64,000 bases of DNA from Candidatus Bathyarchaeota archaeon (lineage in GTDB: Archaea; Thermoproteota; Bathyarchaeia; 40CM-2-53-6): NCBI GenBank assembly GCA_963726255.1, contig CAVSBL010000002.1, positions 1,600,001 through 1,664,000 on the forward strand, given 5' to 3'. The notes beneath the pieces are model-generated. The model was not told the origin of the DNA. It saw nothing but the letters and a program-made list of their open reading frames with translations, and did not search any database. Both the position numbers and the translations under genes were made by a program. Shown in pieces: positions 28,867 through 39,073 of this stretch (within the stretch, counting starts at the first letter, position 1; each line of letters starts with the position of its first letter).

Positions 28867-31800
28867 ATGAGTTGTGGGAGGAGCACCCAGTTCGGAGCAG
28901 AGAGAGGTTTGGCTCGACGATGGGTCACCGTAGTGCTCATTTTAGCATTGGCAGCGAGCCTCCTTGCTCCGGTTTATGCCCACACCACTCTCGGTGACCT
29001 GAGTAGTTCGAATCCGTACTTCAGGTTCAATGACCATGAACTGAACCCGACAAACACATTCGGGACAGCACACGTGCCCGGTCCGCTCGGCTACGTGTGG
29101 CCGGGAAGCGGTCTGAACATGTACAGTGGGAATCCATCTAACCCACCAGGGTATCAATCTCCCTACACAGACTTTGAACAACCATTGCAGGAAGCCGCTG
29201 ACGCATACGCCCCAGAGGGTGCAATTCTCACCTCGACCCCCGACCACGATAGCGTCGGCGACCTAATCTTTGCCATCAACTTCTCCCAACCGCACGCATA
29301 CCTGCCCCCAGGCGACTACAAGTACTCGACACTAGCTTTGTACATCCCAGCTCCCGTATTCGATAAGACCGGCACTATCGTCCAGGATGGTTTTGAGCCC
29401 GCCGCTGGCGTAAACTGGGATAACGGAGAGAACACTAACATAGTAACCACGATCACGGACAGTTACGCAGACATCTTTGTGACGAGAGCGGACAGAAACG
29501 ATCCCTTCGAACCCGGCTCATGGATCGTATTCATCACAGCACCAAACAACATAACCTTCACCGCCGCGAGAGGTTGGTCAGAGTGGTATTACCTTCGCAT
29601 TAACCAAATGAGAGCGCCCGAAGTTGCGGGAAGGTATTTCTTCAAAATGTTTCTTGACAATCATTTTCCCGTTCACAGACAAGGTGCCTTTCCGAAGCTG
29701 ATAAACAGCACAATGCCCATGGAGAACTGGCCTGTGCTCCTCGTCAAGGGAGAGGTTGACCCGGCTTTCATATCGGGAACAGTTAGGTTCGGCGACCAAT
29801 CGAACCCAAGCTTATACGGGCTTCCGCTGAACCTCCCCGGTAGAGTTAGGGCAGTCGGGGTTGCAACTAATCCCGTAACGGGCATATCGACAGGGCGGGC
29901 GGTGCAGGCTTGGGGTTACTTTAACGCGACCTCGCATGGTCACTTTGAGATTGAAGGTGTCGCTCCCGGAATCTACGACATTTACGCTTCCGCCGCAGGC
30001 TTTCCTGAGCAACAGATCGCGGCGAACATTCGGGTTAACCGAGGTCAATCCTTAAGGTTTGACGGCTATTTGCAGGCTGGGCCCCAAGTTGGAGGGCGAA
30101 TCTATTCGAAGGGGTTATTCGGGTCTCTTCCGTGGTCTGGTCAATTGCCGATTACAGTGGTGATTTACAATAGTAACACGTACGACACCGATAGCATCGT
30201 CACATATTCCCCGGCAAACCTGACCCACGCACCATTCATATCATATTTGACAGGGAATGCGAAGTTCACCGGCAATCGATTGGCCGGACAAAACCGCCCT
30301 AGGTCAGCAGCTTTCCCATGGGAAGGGCCACTCGGTTACTACACCCTCACCGTAGGCCCGAATTTCAAAGACCCGTTCGGCATTTTCAACGGCGTTGGGC
30401 CTGCGCAACCGTGGTGGGTGGACCCGTTAGGCAACGCGAATCCAGTGACTTCCCTCGGTTCTACCAGTAGCGATTTTGTCTTCCAATTTGGCGCGAAGGG
30501 GGCGTACGGTGCACCAGCCAAATTCTCTGGGATGGTACCGCAGGTCTTCGCAACCTGGACCGATAGTCTCACGCCGGGAATGTATTATGTTCGTGCATTT
30601 GTGAACGGATATGTTCAGACGTCAGTCGATGGAACACAGCTCATCGATTACACTTTCCAAGTCCCTGCAAACAGTTACTCCACAAACGTGTTCCTTCCCA
30701 TCGACCTACAGAAATCAGCAAGCATCAGTATCACAATCCACTTCCACGACCAAGCTGGAACGCTTGTAGACGCACCAATCGGAGGCCCAGACCCGGCAAG
30801 ATTCTTAATTGCGGAGGCATACGCGAGCGACGGAAAATTCGCCGCCCTCAACTTCACACAAGTCACGTCCACTAAGAGCGAAGCCATCATAACATTGAAC
30901 GGGCTGGGAATGGCCGGCCCAATTTCTGGCCTGATTTCTCCAGCTGACCCGCGAGCATCCATAAGGTACTCACTCGCCAGGTATCGAGACCTATTCGATT
31001 ATGGCCTGCCAACTGACACGTACACCATTCGAGTTTACATGCGTGGGTATATCCAGGCATTGCCTCCAGCCACCACCTTCGATTACTTGGACCAGCCGCT
31101 GACAACAACCGTCTCAATAGGAATAGGGGCACCGAGCGTAAGCACCCATATGTATCGGGGAGGCGAAATCAACACAACCCTCTTCTCCGTCGACTGGGAA
31201 CAACCCGCCACCGCGAAAAACTGGGTGTGGAACAGCACCTCTGTTAGCACGCTGGTATACGATGTTTCATCTAAGAATTTCATCGACGTGATTTACTTCT
31301 GGAATTCTAAGATCAAACAATGGGTTCTGCCCACCCAGAATTCCAAATTCACGAACCTGCCCTGGCCGGGTTGGCAGACAGACTTTGGTCCAGGAGCCAG
31401 CCTGCTCGTAACCAACGGTTCCACGCTAGTCGACAGATTTGGACCTGACTTACCGAGTCTGACATCACTTGACCCAGCTCAGGATGAGGCGACAACCGTG
31501 TTTCTCGAAGAGAATTTCCGTACAGGCTTTCTGTACAGCTCCAGTTCTTACCGGCAGAATTCATTTCGTTCTTCTTTGGCCATCTACCCCGGAGTCTACG
31601 CCTTGAATACCTGGACCTACGGCTACGTACAAGACAATGTGGCCAGCCTCGGCGATTTGGGCAATGTGATCGTCTCCGTTTCATGGCTGGGGTCGCAAGC
31701 TGATACAAACATTCAATTGATTGTTGGGGTCAATTTGACGATAAGCATGGTCTTCAAGACAGAGAACACCTTCTCTGGAATTCCGTTCAATTCCTCAGTA

Positions 31801-32700
31801 CGGATTCGGGTTTTTGACGACGGAGACACACTGATCGCAGCCGCAACCGTATTTTCCGACGCGGGCACGCTAGCCCCTAGCTCCAACGCCGGATTCTTCG
31901 CTGACGGAATGAAGCTACTTCAGCGACCGGTCCCCGCGGGGACGAAGACACTGCAAAACACGAACCTAGCAGGACTCTTCAGCTACGTTGAGCCTAGCAC
32001 TGGGCCGACCAGCTTGGGCATATCTGCCGGCGTGCGCAGCGCCACACTGTTCTCCCCCGACCATGGAATCTGGGGTTCCTCCAACCACCCCGGCGCATAT
32101 GGCGGCGAATGGACCGTCATGGTCGACTTTGTGAACTGGTCTACATTGACTAGCAACTACCCGCCCGTCCCAGCTCTCTTGCAAGGTGAGTCACCCTACT
32201 TCTATCCATACAATCACCTCGGTCCGTACAGGCAAATGACGTACACCAAGATTTCGAATGCACCACAAGGCGGCGATGCTTCAGCTGAATTTGAACTCGA
32301 TTTGAGGGGTTACGTTAGTGGACTAGTTCTAGGAATGGATTGGGACCAAGACGATAGGACGACGAGCTGGACTAGTATTACTTTCGCTGGACAAGGCGCA
32401 AGTTTGTACTGGTACACGTGGGATGGGTGGTTTGATGGCTACCTTGACCCTGGCAGTTACCACGCAACCTTTACCGAGTGGACGAGCGCGAATCAGGGGC
32501 ATCTGTCGCGCTCCCTAGAGCTCGCAGTGTCACAAGGCCAGGCGAACAGCATAACCAACATAATACTTGACGAAAGCAACATAGCTATCCCTGAGAGTCC
32601 AGGCTTCTACGCATTATTGCTGACCACATTCACGGTTTTAGGGTTAGTATTGCATTTCGGCAGGAGACGTATAGGACAGCAGTCTAAGAAACTAGCCTAG
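28867..32700 (+). CDS. large secreted surface protein with carboxypeptidase-regulatory-like beta domains and a C-terminal sorting signal
   Basis: Signal peptide (start may be TTG 28909); GHFEIEGVAPGIYDIYASAAGF; many N-x-S/T sequons; C-terminal IPESPGF-TM-RRR. Confidence 0.82.
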   Translation: MSCGRSTQFGAERGLARRWVTVVLILALAASLLAPVYAHTTLGDLSSSNPYFRFNDHELNPTNTFGTAHVPGPLGYVWPGSGLNMYSGNPSNPPGYQSPYTDFEQPLQEAADAYAPEGAILTSTPDHDSVGDLIFAINFSQPHAYLPPGDYKYSTLALYIPAPVFDKTGTIVQDGFEPAAGVNWDNGENTNIVTTITDSYADIFVTRADRNDPFEPGSWIVFITAPNNITFTAARGWSEWYYLRINQMRAPEVAGRYFFKMFLDNHFPVHRQGAFPKLINSTMPMENWPVLLVKGEVDPAFISGTVRFGDQSNPSLYGLPLNLPGRVRAVGVATNPVTGISTGRAVQAWGYFNATSHGHFEIEGVAPGIYDIYASAAGFPEQQIAANIRVNRGQSLRFDGYLQAGPQVGGRIYSKGLFGSLPWSGQLPITVVIYNSNTYDTDSIVTYSPANLTHAPFISYLTGNAKFTGNRLAGQNRPRSAAFPWEGPLGYYTLTVGPNFKDPFGIFNGVGPAQPWWVDPLGNANPVTSLGSTSSDFVFQFGAKGAYGAPAKFSGMVPQVFATWTDSLTPGMYYVRAFVNGYVQTSVDGTQLIDYTFQVPANSYSTNVFLPIDLQKSASISITIHFHDQAGTLVDAPIGGPDPARFLIAEAYASDGKFAALNFTQVTSTKSEAIITLNGLGMAGPISGLISPADPRASIRYSLARYRDLFDYGLPTDTYTIRVYMRGYIQALPPATTFDYLDQPLTTTVSIGIGAPSVSTHMYRGGEINTTLFSVDWEQPATAKNWVWNSTSVSTLVYDVSSKNFIDVIYFWNSKIKQWVLPTQNSKFTNLPWPGWQTDFGPGASLLVTNGSTLVDRFGPDLPSLTSLDPAQDEATTVFLEENFRTGFLYSSSSYRQNSFRSSLAIYPGVYALNTWTYGYVQDNVASLGDLGNVIVSVSWLGSQADTNIQLIVGVNLTISMVFKTENTFSGIPFNSSVRIRVFDDGDTLIAAATVFSDAGTLAPSSNAGFFADGMKLLQRPVPAGTKTLQNTNLAGLFSYVEPSTGPTSLGISAGVRSATLFSPDHGIWGSSNHPGAYGGEWTVMVDFVNWSTLTSNYPPVPALLQGESPYFYPYNHLGPYRQMTYTKISNAPQGGDASAEFELDLRGYVSGLVLGMDWDQDDRTTSWTSITFAGQGASLYWYTWDGWFDGYLDPGSYHATFTEWTSANQGHLSRSLELAVSQGQANSITNIILDESNIAIPESPGFYALLLTTFTVLGLVLHFGRRRIGQQSKKLA

Positions 32701-32702
32701 TC

Positions 32703-33833
32703 TTACATCGTGCGTTTCGAGAGCACAATAGCTATGGGCATCAGTACTAGGCTGCTTATGAGTAGGATGAGAAGGTCACTCCAAATAGCGTTTAGTCCAG
32801 CACCCAGATAGATCAAACGCCGGAGGGCATCATTCCCATAACTCCATGGCAGGCTGTCCGCGATTGCCCTACCACCAGGCGCCAGCATGAGTGGAGAATT
32901 CGTAGTTCCAGCTAGGGTGAACAGAGGAAAAGTCATTGCTATTTCAAGAACAGTGAGTGTAGCCGACCCTCGAATCCTTGCCGACAGTGTCAGGCCTAAT
33001 GATAATGTGAAGACAGCGATGAGGATGGTGGTTAGGAAGATTAGGATAAGGTTTCCACGAATAACGAGCCCATAAAGGCTGAAGATTACCAGCATCAACG
33101 CCGTCCTTAGGACCGTCAAGACAACTGTCGCAAACATCTTACCGGAATAGACAGCGAACAGACTAACTGGGGAAAGAGCTAAACGAGGAAAGGTACCACG
33201 CTCACGCTCCCGACTAATCGCGTTCACAATATCGTCGAATCCCCCAAGAATTGCAATCATCCCCAGAAAGCCTGGTAGAATCGAGTCACCGCTGGGAGGG
33301 CGCCCTGACAGAGGCCTTGTGATTACCTGAATTGGGGCCACCTTTAGTCCGAAGTTTACGCCTCCCTCACCGCGGCTTACCTGATTGACAAGGTCCTGTG
33401 CGCCTTGATTCACGGCGGCAGAAACGAATGTTGAAGAGGTCAACTTCGAATTATCCGTAGAGATTATGACAAACGCGTTCCCTGTAGCGAGTGCGACACC
33501 AAATCCTTGCGGTATGACTATGGCACCGATGACCTGAGCATTGGAGACCTCCTGGTATGCTTGAGCTTCGGTCTGGACCAATTGCGTTACCTGAATGAAA
33601 CGGGACCTGGTCAGTTCATTGATCAGAGCATTTGAGGCGGGGGTTCCGTCTAAGTCAGCAACTACGACTGGTACGTTATGGGTTGTAGCGCTGAATGCGG
33701 CTACAATGACGATGAAGATCCCAATCAGGAGGATAGGGAACATGATGGTTAGAACGAGCGACACGGGATCGCGACGGAGTTGCTTCAGTTCTTTTTCTGT
33801 AATGCTTACGGTGTCGAGGATGAAACTTTTCAT
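32703..33833 (-). CDS. ABC-2 family permease
   Basis: KELKQLRRD, ISRERERGT and LPWSYGNDALR motifs. Confidence 0.9.
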   Translation of the reverse strand: MKSFILDTVSITEKELKQLRRDPVSLVLTIMFPILLIGIFIVIVAAFSATTHNVPVVVADLDGTPASNALINELTRSRFIQVTQLVQTEAQAYQEVSNAQVIGAIVIPQGFGVALATGNAFVIISTDNSKLTSSTFVSAAVNQGAQDLVNQVSRGEGGVNFGLKVAPIQVITRPLSGRPPSGDSILPGFLGMIAILGGFDDIVNAISRERERGTFPRLALSPVSLFAVYSGKMFATVVLTVLRTALMLVIFSLYGLVIRGNLILIFLTTILIAVFTLSLGLTLSARIRGSATLTVLEIAMTFPLFTLAGTTNSPLMLAPGGRAIADSLPWSYGNDALRRLIYLGAGLNAIWSDLLILLISSLVLMPIAIVLSKRTM

Positions 33834-34996
33834 ATGATGAGCCGCTCCCGAGACAGGTGAAGCAGGACAAGGGCGAGTGCGTAGGACGCGATTATGGATC
33901 CAATCAAGTACTCAAGATCGAGCGTGAGAGTCAGCAAAGGCCTGCCGAGCAGAATGGTTCGCCTCAACGCGTCGAAAGCATAAGTGAATGGCAATAAGTT
34001 GCCTACCACCTGAGAGACGCCGACCAAGAGGTTGTTATCAATGATTAGGCCGCTGAAAGCGAAGAGGAAGAGTATCAGAAAGAATTCTGTGATAACCACA
34101 GCCCGCTGCCCCATCTTCAACGCTGCCGCCACGAAACCTATACCCATCGTAACTAGGGCAACGATCAAAGAGAGAGATAGCAGGGTGAGGAAATCTGTGT
34201 TCGGCCTCGCCCCATAACCAAGAATCGAGATTCCCAGAACCGTGAAAGTTCGAATGATGCTCAATAGAATGTCGAACATTGTTTTGCCCAACACTATTGA
34301 GCCTATAGGGATAGGTGAGACCAGAAGGCGTGCGTACGTTCCATCCTCTCGCTCCCGAGACATGCCCCCAGCGATCTCGTAGAAACCTGCAAAGATTTGC
34401 ACTATCGCGAGCACAATGGTCAGTCCGACATTGAAACCTGCGAAGACTGCCCCCTTACTGACGATTCCAACGCCAGCCACTGATTGCCGCTGCAACTGGC
34501 TTAAAATGGGTTGAACCTCGACGTTCGGGTCGAAATTCTGCACATAACCGGTGAGTGTGGCTTGGATCTGGTCGGAGACCCCTGGCTCGCTGTCATCCGT
34601 GTAGAGAACAACCTTTGCTTGACTCCCGCTGTTCAGATCGTTTTGAAATCCTTTCGGAACAACGATCACAGCATAGATGTACTTCGTTCCCAACTCGGCT
34701 ATCGCGGCTTGGTCATTGTAGCTTTGTATTAGATTATGGAAATCCGGCGAGCTAGTAAGGGTCTGCAGGAGGCGAATTGAAGCAATCGAGTTGTCGTTAT
34801 CTACGAACCCGATTGGGATACTAGCAGTTGGAGAGAACGTCGTGCCTGCTCCACCTTGACCAGCCCCTAGAGATACCGTGAAGAATAATGGCAAAACGAC
34901 GAGCGAGATGAGTATAGCGCTCCTGTTCCTGCGGAACTGACGAAACTCGTTCTCGGCAACGGCCAAGGAATCAGCGAGAAAGGTCACGAACGCCAT
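33830..34996 (-). CDS. ABC-2 family permease
   Basis: NEFRQFRRN, MSREREDGT and LPFTYAFDALR motifs. Confidence 0.9.
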   Translation of the reverse strand: MAFVTFLADSLAVAENEFRQFRRNRSAILISLVVLPLFFTVSLGAGQGGAGTTFSPTASIPIGFVDNDNSIASIRLLQTLTSSPDFHNLIQSYNDQAAIAELGTKYIYAVIVVPKGFQNDLNSGSQAKVVLYTDDSEPGVSDQIQATLTGYVQNFDPNVEVQPILSQLQRQSVAGVGIVSKGAVFAGFNVGLTIVLAIVQIFAGFYEIAGGMSREREDGTYARLLVSPIPIGSIVLGKTMFDILLSIIRTFTVLGISILGYGARPNTDFLTLLSLSLIVALVTMGIGFVAAALKMGQRAVVITEFFLILFLFAFSGLIIDNNLLVGVSQVVGNLLPFTYAFDALRRTILLGRPLLTLTLDLEYLIGSIIASYALALVLLHLSRERLII

Positions 34997-35014
34997 CTGA
35001 GAATCGACTGCATT

Positions 35015-36013
35015 CTATGCTTTCTGTCCTGCACCTTCAAGAAATCTGTCGATTTCCTCTTCGCCACCGGTTAACGCAATGAACGCTTCTTCAAGCGTTG
35101 GGTCCTTCGTGTTAATCGTCCTAATCTTGGCTCCAACATTAAGTAGCGCGCCAGCAACTTCCTCGGCAAGCGTCTCTGTTCGTTCACAGCTGATTAGAAG
35201 CTTCGAATCTACATACTTAACATTGCAAACGTGGTTCATTCCCTTAAGCTTGAGTTTCACCTTATCGAGCTGAACCTTCGATAAATCGGGAGTTTCGACT
35301 TCCACCATCGAGAGTTCGCTTACACTATGCTTCAGCTCATTCGGAGTGCCAACCTGCACCAACCGTCCCGCGAACATGATACCAACCCGGTCACAAATCT
35401 TCTCGGGCTCACTCATGTAATGAGTTGTCCAAATTACTGTGACACCTTCATCGCATTGTTTCTTCGTGAATTCCTGAAGGGCGATTGCTGATTGGGGATC
35501 GAGGCCGGAAGTCACCTCATCAAGGAACAGCACTTGAGGTCTGTGAAGCAAGGCAGCGCATATCATCGCCTTTTTCGCCCACCCTGTAGAGAGTGCACCC
35601 ACTAGTCGAGTTGCCTTTTCTCTGAAAGCGAACATATCCATCAGCTCTCGTATGCGTACCTCCGCTTTGGGACGCGGAATCTCGTAGAGCGTGCTCAGCA
35701 ACTTGAGGTTCTCTTCAATCGATAAGTCCTTGTATAGAGAAACTCCCTCAGAGACCACACCTATCTGCCGTCTGACCTCGGCCGCTTGCTCGCGAATGTC
35801 ATATCCTACAACGCTGGCCGTTCCATGTGTCGCTTCAATGAGAGTACAAAGCAGACGGACGGTAGTGGTTTTTCCCGCGCCATTCGGACCAAGCAGACCA
35901 AACAGCTCTCCTTTCCTAACATCCACATTTAAGCCGTCTACTGCAGTGAAACGACCGAACATTTTCGTCAAAGCCTTTGTTAGGATGGCTACTTCGGGCA
36001 TATCGATCATCAT
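35015..36013 (-). CDS. ABC-2 ATP-binding protein
   Basis: GPNGAGKTT, variant signature LSTGW, LFLDEV, TTH. Confidence 0.92.
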   Translation of the reverse strand: MMIDMPEVAILTKALTKMFGRFTAVDGLNVDVRKGELFGLLGPNGAGKTTTVRLLCTLIEATHGTASVVGYDIREQAAEVRRQIGVVSEGVSLYKDLSIEENLKLLSTLYEIPRPKAEVRIRELMDMFAFREKATRLVGALSTGWAKKAMICAALLHRPQVLFLDEVTSGLDPQSAIALQEFTKKQCDEGVTVIWTTHYMSEPEKICDRVGIMFAGRLVQVGTPNELKHSVSELSMVEVETPDLSKVQLDKVKLKLKGMNHVCNVKYVDSKLLISCERTETLAEEVAGALLNVGAKIRTINTKDPTLEEAFIALTGGEEEIDRFLEGAGQKA

Positions 36014-36058
36014 TCAGTTCGGAATGCTGAGGGAGAGCAATGAAGCGAGCTTTTGAGG

Positions 36059-36610
36059 TTATTGCTTCGCGTGCCATTCAATCTCTCGCTTACTCTCCCT
36101 GTGATTTGCTAACCGAGCCATTACGAAGAGCAGGTCTGAGAGGCGATTCATATACGGGAACAATTGTTCGTTTACCGGCTCTGCCCTGCTGAGGGCAATG
36201 ACTCGTCTCTCTGCACGTCTGGCTACCGTTCGCGCATTATGGAGCAATGCCCCTGCCACACCGCCCCCGGGAAGGATGAATGCCGTTAGCGGCTGCAGTT
36301 CGGCTTCAAATCTGTCGATTGTATTTTCCATTCCAATGACCTTCTCCTTCGAAATCTTGGGAACGTTGCGCTGCTGATGCTCCGCTGTGGAAGCCAAATC
36401 GGCCCCCACTACGAATAGATCGTTCTGCAATTCCGATAAGAGATCATCGAGTTCGCGGTCGTGTATAAATGCCCTTGCGATTCCAAGGACTGAATTAAGT
36501 TCGTCCACGCTCCCGTAGGCATCAACACGCAAGGAGTCCTTGGGAACCCTAGCCCCGCCAACGAGACCAGTCTCACCTTTGTCGCCGGTTCGCGTGTATA
36601 TCTTTGCCAA
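36059..36610 (-). CDS. pduO: PduO-type ATP:cob(I)alamin adenosyltransferase
   Basis: KIYTRTGDKGET, YGSVDELNS, FILPGG, RTVARRAER and NRLSDLLF motifs; TTG start at 36610. Confidence 0.93.
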   Translation of the reverse strand: MAKIYTRTGDKGETGLVGGARVPKDSLRVDAYGSVDELNSVLGIARAFIHDRELDDLLSELQNDLFVVGADLASTAEHQQRNVPKISKEKVIGMENTIDRFEAELQPLTAFILPGGGVAGALLHNARTVARRAERRVIALSRAEPVNEQLFPYMNRLSDLLFVMARLANHRESKREIEWHAKQ

Positions 36611-36686
36611 TTTCGAGTACTCGCCATTAAAAGGGGCAGGACAGCAATTTAGGGGCGTTGGTGCGCACCGGCTGAGGAGAGTCGAA

Positions 36687-37559
36687 TTGAAGATAGGCGT
36701 ACTCTTGGACGAGCCTGAGATCATCCCTGGATTTGATTACACATTCTATGAGGTGAAGCCATCGAGCGGCAGAATAAATCAGCCTCTTCCGAAAGCGTGG
36801 AACGTCGTGAATTGCTTCGCCGATAACACGATCACTCAAACTAAACCTGAGCTTGTAGCCACATCGAAGGGAGAGCGAGCAGCGAGGGGGACCCCCAAGC
36901 ACTTTCTATGGGATTGGATTTGCCCCTCCCGCGCTGAATATCGCGATTACTGTTTGAAAGTGATTCAAGATGTCGCACGCCACGAAATTGATGGAATTCG
37001 TCTGGATAGTGTGTGCTTCCCAAGGGAAAACTACTGTGACTGCCCCAATTGCACAGACCTGAGTAGAGAAAGCGACATGGATTTCATAGAATGGCGATCT
37101 AGTCAAATCGAGTCTTTCATTCGCACCGTGCGGGAGAGCATCACATGCAGTCTGGGTCTAACGTTGGAACCCGACCCATGCTATGGAAAAGAAAGATTCG
37201 GCTTGGACCTAGAGAAAATATCGGAATATGTCGACTTCCTTTCCACACCGCTCTACATGGACTACTCGATTGTCTATTGGCTGGACATAATCGCAAACTG
37301 TTTTCGACGCAAGATATCGAAGCCTTACTTCATTGAACTCTACGCAGGGCATCCAAGAGCACCCACAAAACATCTCGTATCCGCATTGGCTGTGGCTTCC
37401 GGGTTCGCTGACTGCGTCGTTCTCTCGACGTATGAGGCGAAAATCGCCAAGGACCTTCAACGGGAGATGATGCAGAACAAAGAAGTCACGACGTTCTTCG
37501 AAGAGCGGGAATGTGCCGCCATGTTGGAGGTTCTGAATCGATGGCGGGAAATTCTCTGA
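36687..37559 (+). CDS. hypothetical glycoside-hydrolase-like TIM-barrel protein with a Cys cluster
   Basis: WICPS, DGIRLDSV and YCDCPNC motifs; TTG 36687 after GAGGAGAG. Confidence 0.6.
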   Translation: MKIGVLLDEPEIIPGFDYTFYEVKPSSGRINQPLPKAWNVVNCFADNTITQTKPELVATSKGERAARGTPKHFLWDWICPSRAEYRDYCLKVIQDVARHEIDGIRLDSVCFPRENYCDCPNCTDLSRESDMDFIEWRSSQIESFIRTVRESITCSLGLTLEPDPCYGKERFGLDLEKISEYVDFLSTPLYMDYSIVYWLDIIANCFRRKISKPYFIELYAGHPRAPTKHLVSALAVASGFADCVVLSTYEAKIAKDLQREMMQNKEVTTFFEERECAAMLEVLNRWREIL

Positions 37560-37606
37560 TGGTATTACTGCTTGTTGGTTCAACGCACATTTTTGTACGC
37601 TGTAGC

Positions 37607-37614
37607 TTTAAATA
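37607..37614 (+). promoter_or_regulatory. TATA box (TTTAAATA) of the trp operon
   Basis: Consensus archaeal TATA box 58 nt upstream of ATG 37665. Confidence 0.7.
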
Positions 37615-37664
37615 AAGTAGTGTTGTGAAGTATGAAGCATCACGTCACTGCAGAGGAAGCATAA

Positions 37665-37721
37665 ATGGGGTATAGCCTTTGGGCGGCAGGCCCAACAACT
37701 AACGGCGCAAACAGAGCATAG
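37665..37721 (+). other. zero-frame leader ORF MGYSLWAAGPTTNGANRA with a CTT-TGG candidate +1 shift site at 37677-37682
   Basis: ATG preceded by GAGGA (37653-37657); single Trp codon; the trpE frame is +1 and open from 37636. Confidence 0.55.
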
Positions 37722-39072
37722 GCTGAAGCTTCAGAAGTTTCGGTACTCGACGAACCCCCTGCAAACTTTTCTTGCGCTCAGCAATCAAAGCGAATACTGT
37801 TATCTGCTCGAATCTGCTGAAGGCCCAAGAAAACTCGCGCAGTATTCTTTCATTGGGTTCTCCCCTGAAAAAACCGTCGAGGTGAAGGATGGCCGTTATA
37901 CGGAGACAATCTCCCGAGGAGAATCCACGACAGTTCAAACAGACGATCCATATTTGCCGCTTCGGAAAATACTGGCTGAGAATTTCACAAGATATCATGG
38001 GTTCAGATTCGTAGGTGGCCTAGTGGGCTACTTCTCCTACGATGCAATTCGCTATTTGGAATCTTTACCCAGTAGAGCCCGCGATGACCTTAGACTTCCG
38101 GACTTCGAGTTTGGAGCCTACGACGATGGAATCGTATTCGATCACTTGGCAGGTCAAGCCTACTATTACTGGTACAAGAATAATCGGTTGAGAGAGATTG
38201 AACGGCTTCTGGCCTACAAAACAACGCCAACGACTCTGATTGTTGAGAACCCGCGAACAAACTTAAAGCGAGAGCACTTTGAATCGATGGTGGGCGAGGC
38301 TAAGCGTTACATTAGAGCCGGCGATATATTTCAGGTCGTACTCTCAAAACGTTTTGAATTTGCGTTCAAGGGCGACCTTCTCAATTTCTACAAAGTATTG
38401 CGGGAGATCAACCCCTCGCCGTACATGTATTACCTGAAAATGAAAGACCGTGCGATAGTGGGCTCAAGCCCCGAGATGCTCGGTAGAGTTGACAAAGGTC
38501 GTGCAGAAACCTTTCCAATAGCCGGCACGCGCCCTGTCGGCAAGAACGATAGAGAAGACCAACGCTTGGCTGATGAACTACTGAAGGACCCGAAAGAACA
38601 AGCCGAACACATTATGCTCATCGACCTAGCAAGAAACGATCTTGGAAAAGTCTGTCAGTTCGGAACGATTGAAGTCCCGGACTTCATGACCGTCCAGAAA
38701 TACAGTCACGTCCAACACATAGTCTCAAGAGTTTTAGGCCAACTGCGGCCCGATTGCGACGCGCTGGACAGTTTCAAAGGAATCTTTCCAGCCGGCACAG
38801 TCTCCGGAGCGCCGAAGAAGAGAGCGATGGAAATTATCGAGGAGTTGGAACCGTCTCGCAGAGGACCATACGCTGGTGCAGCCGGCTATTTCTCGTACAA
38901 CGGCAACTCAGATTTCGCAATTACCATCAGGACCCTAGTCGCCGATGGAAACAAGGCCTACGTGCAGGCCGGGGCAGGGATCGTCGCAGACTCTCAACCG
39001 ACACGAGAATGGTTCGAAACAGAACACAAGGCCAAAGCACTCATTCACGCCTTGAAAGTTAGTGGAATCTGA
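37665..39072 (+). CDS. trpE: anthranilate synthase component I (needs a +1 shift or a non-canonical start)
   Basis: YLLESAEG...YSFIG (37801-37857) is in frame with the track ORF but upstream of its GTG; also GDIFQVVLS, NPSPYM, IAGTR, EHIMLIDLARND and FPAGTVSGAPK. Confidence 0.95.
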
Positions 39073-39073
39073 A

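Noticed and set aside
37632-37664. Tiny ORF MKHHVTAEEA* whose TAA abuts the trp leader ATG
   Set aside because: Its ATG is only 25 nt from the first T of the TATA box, so it probably lies upstream of the transcription start; it has no Trp codon.
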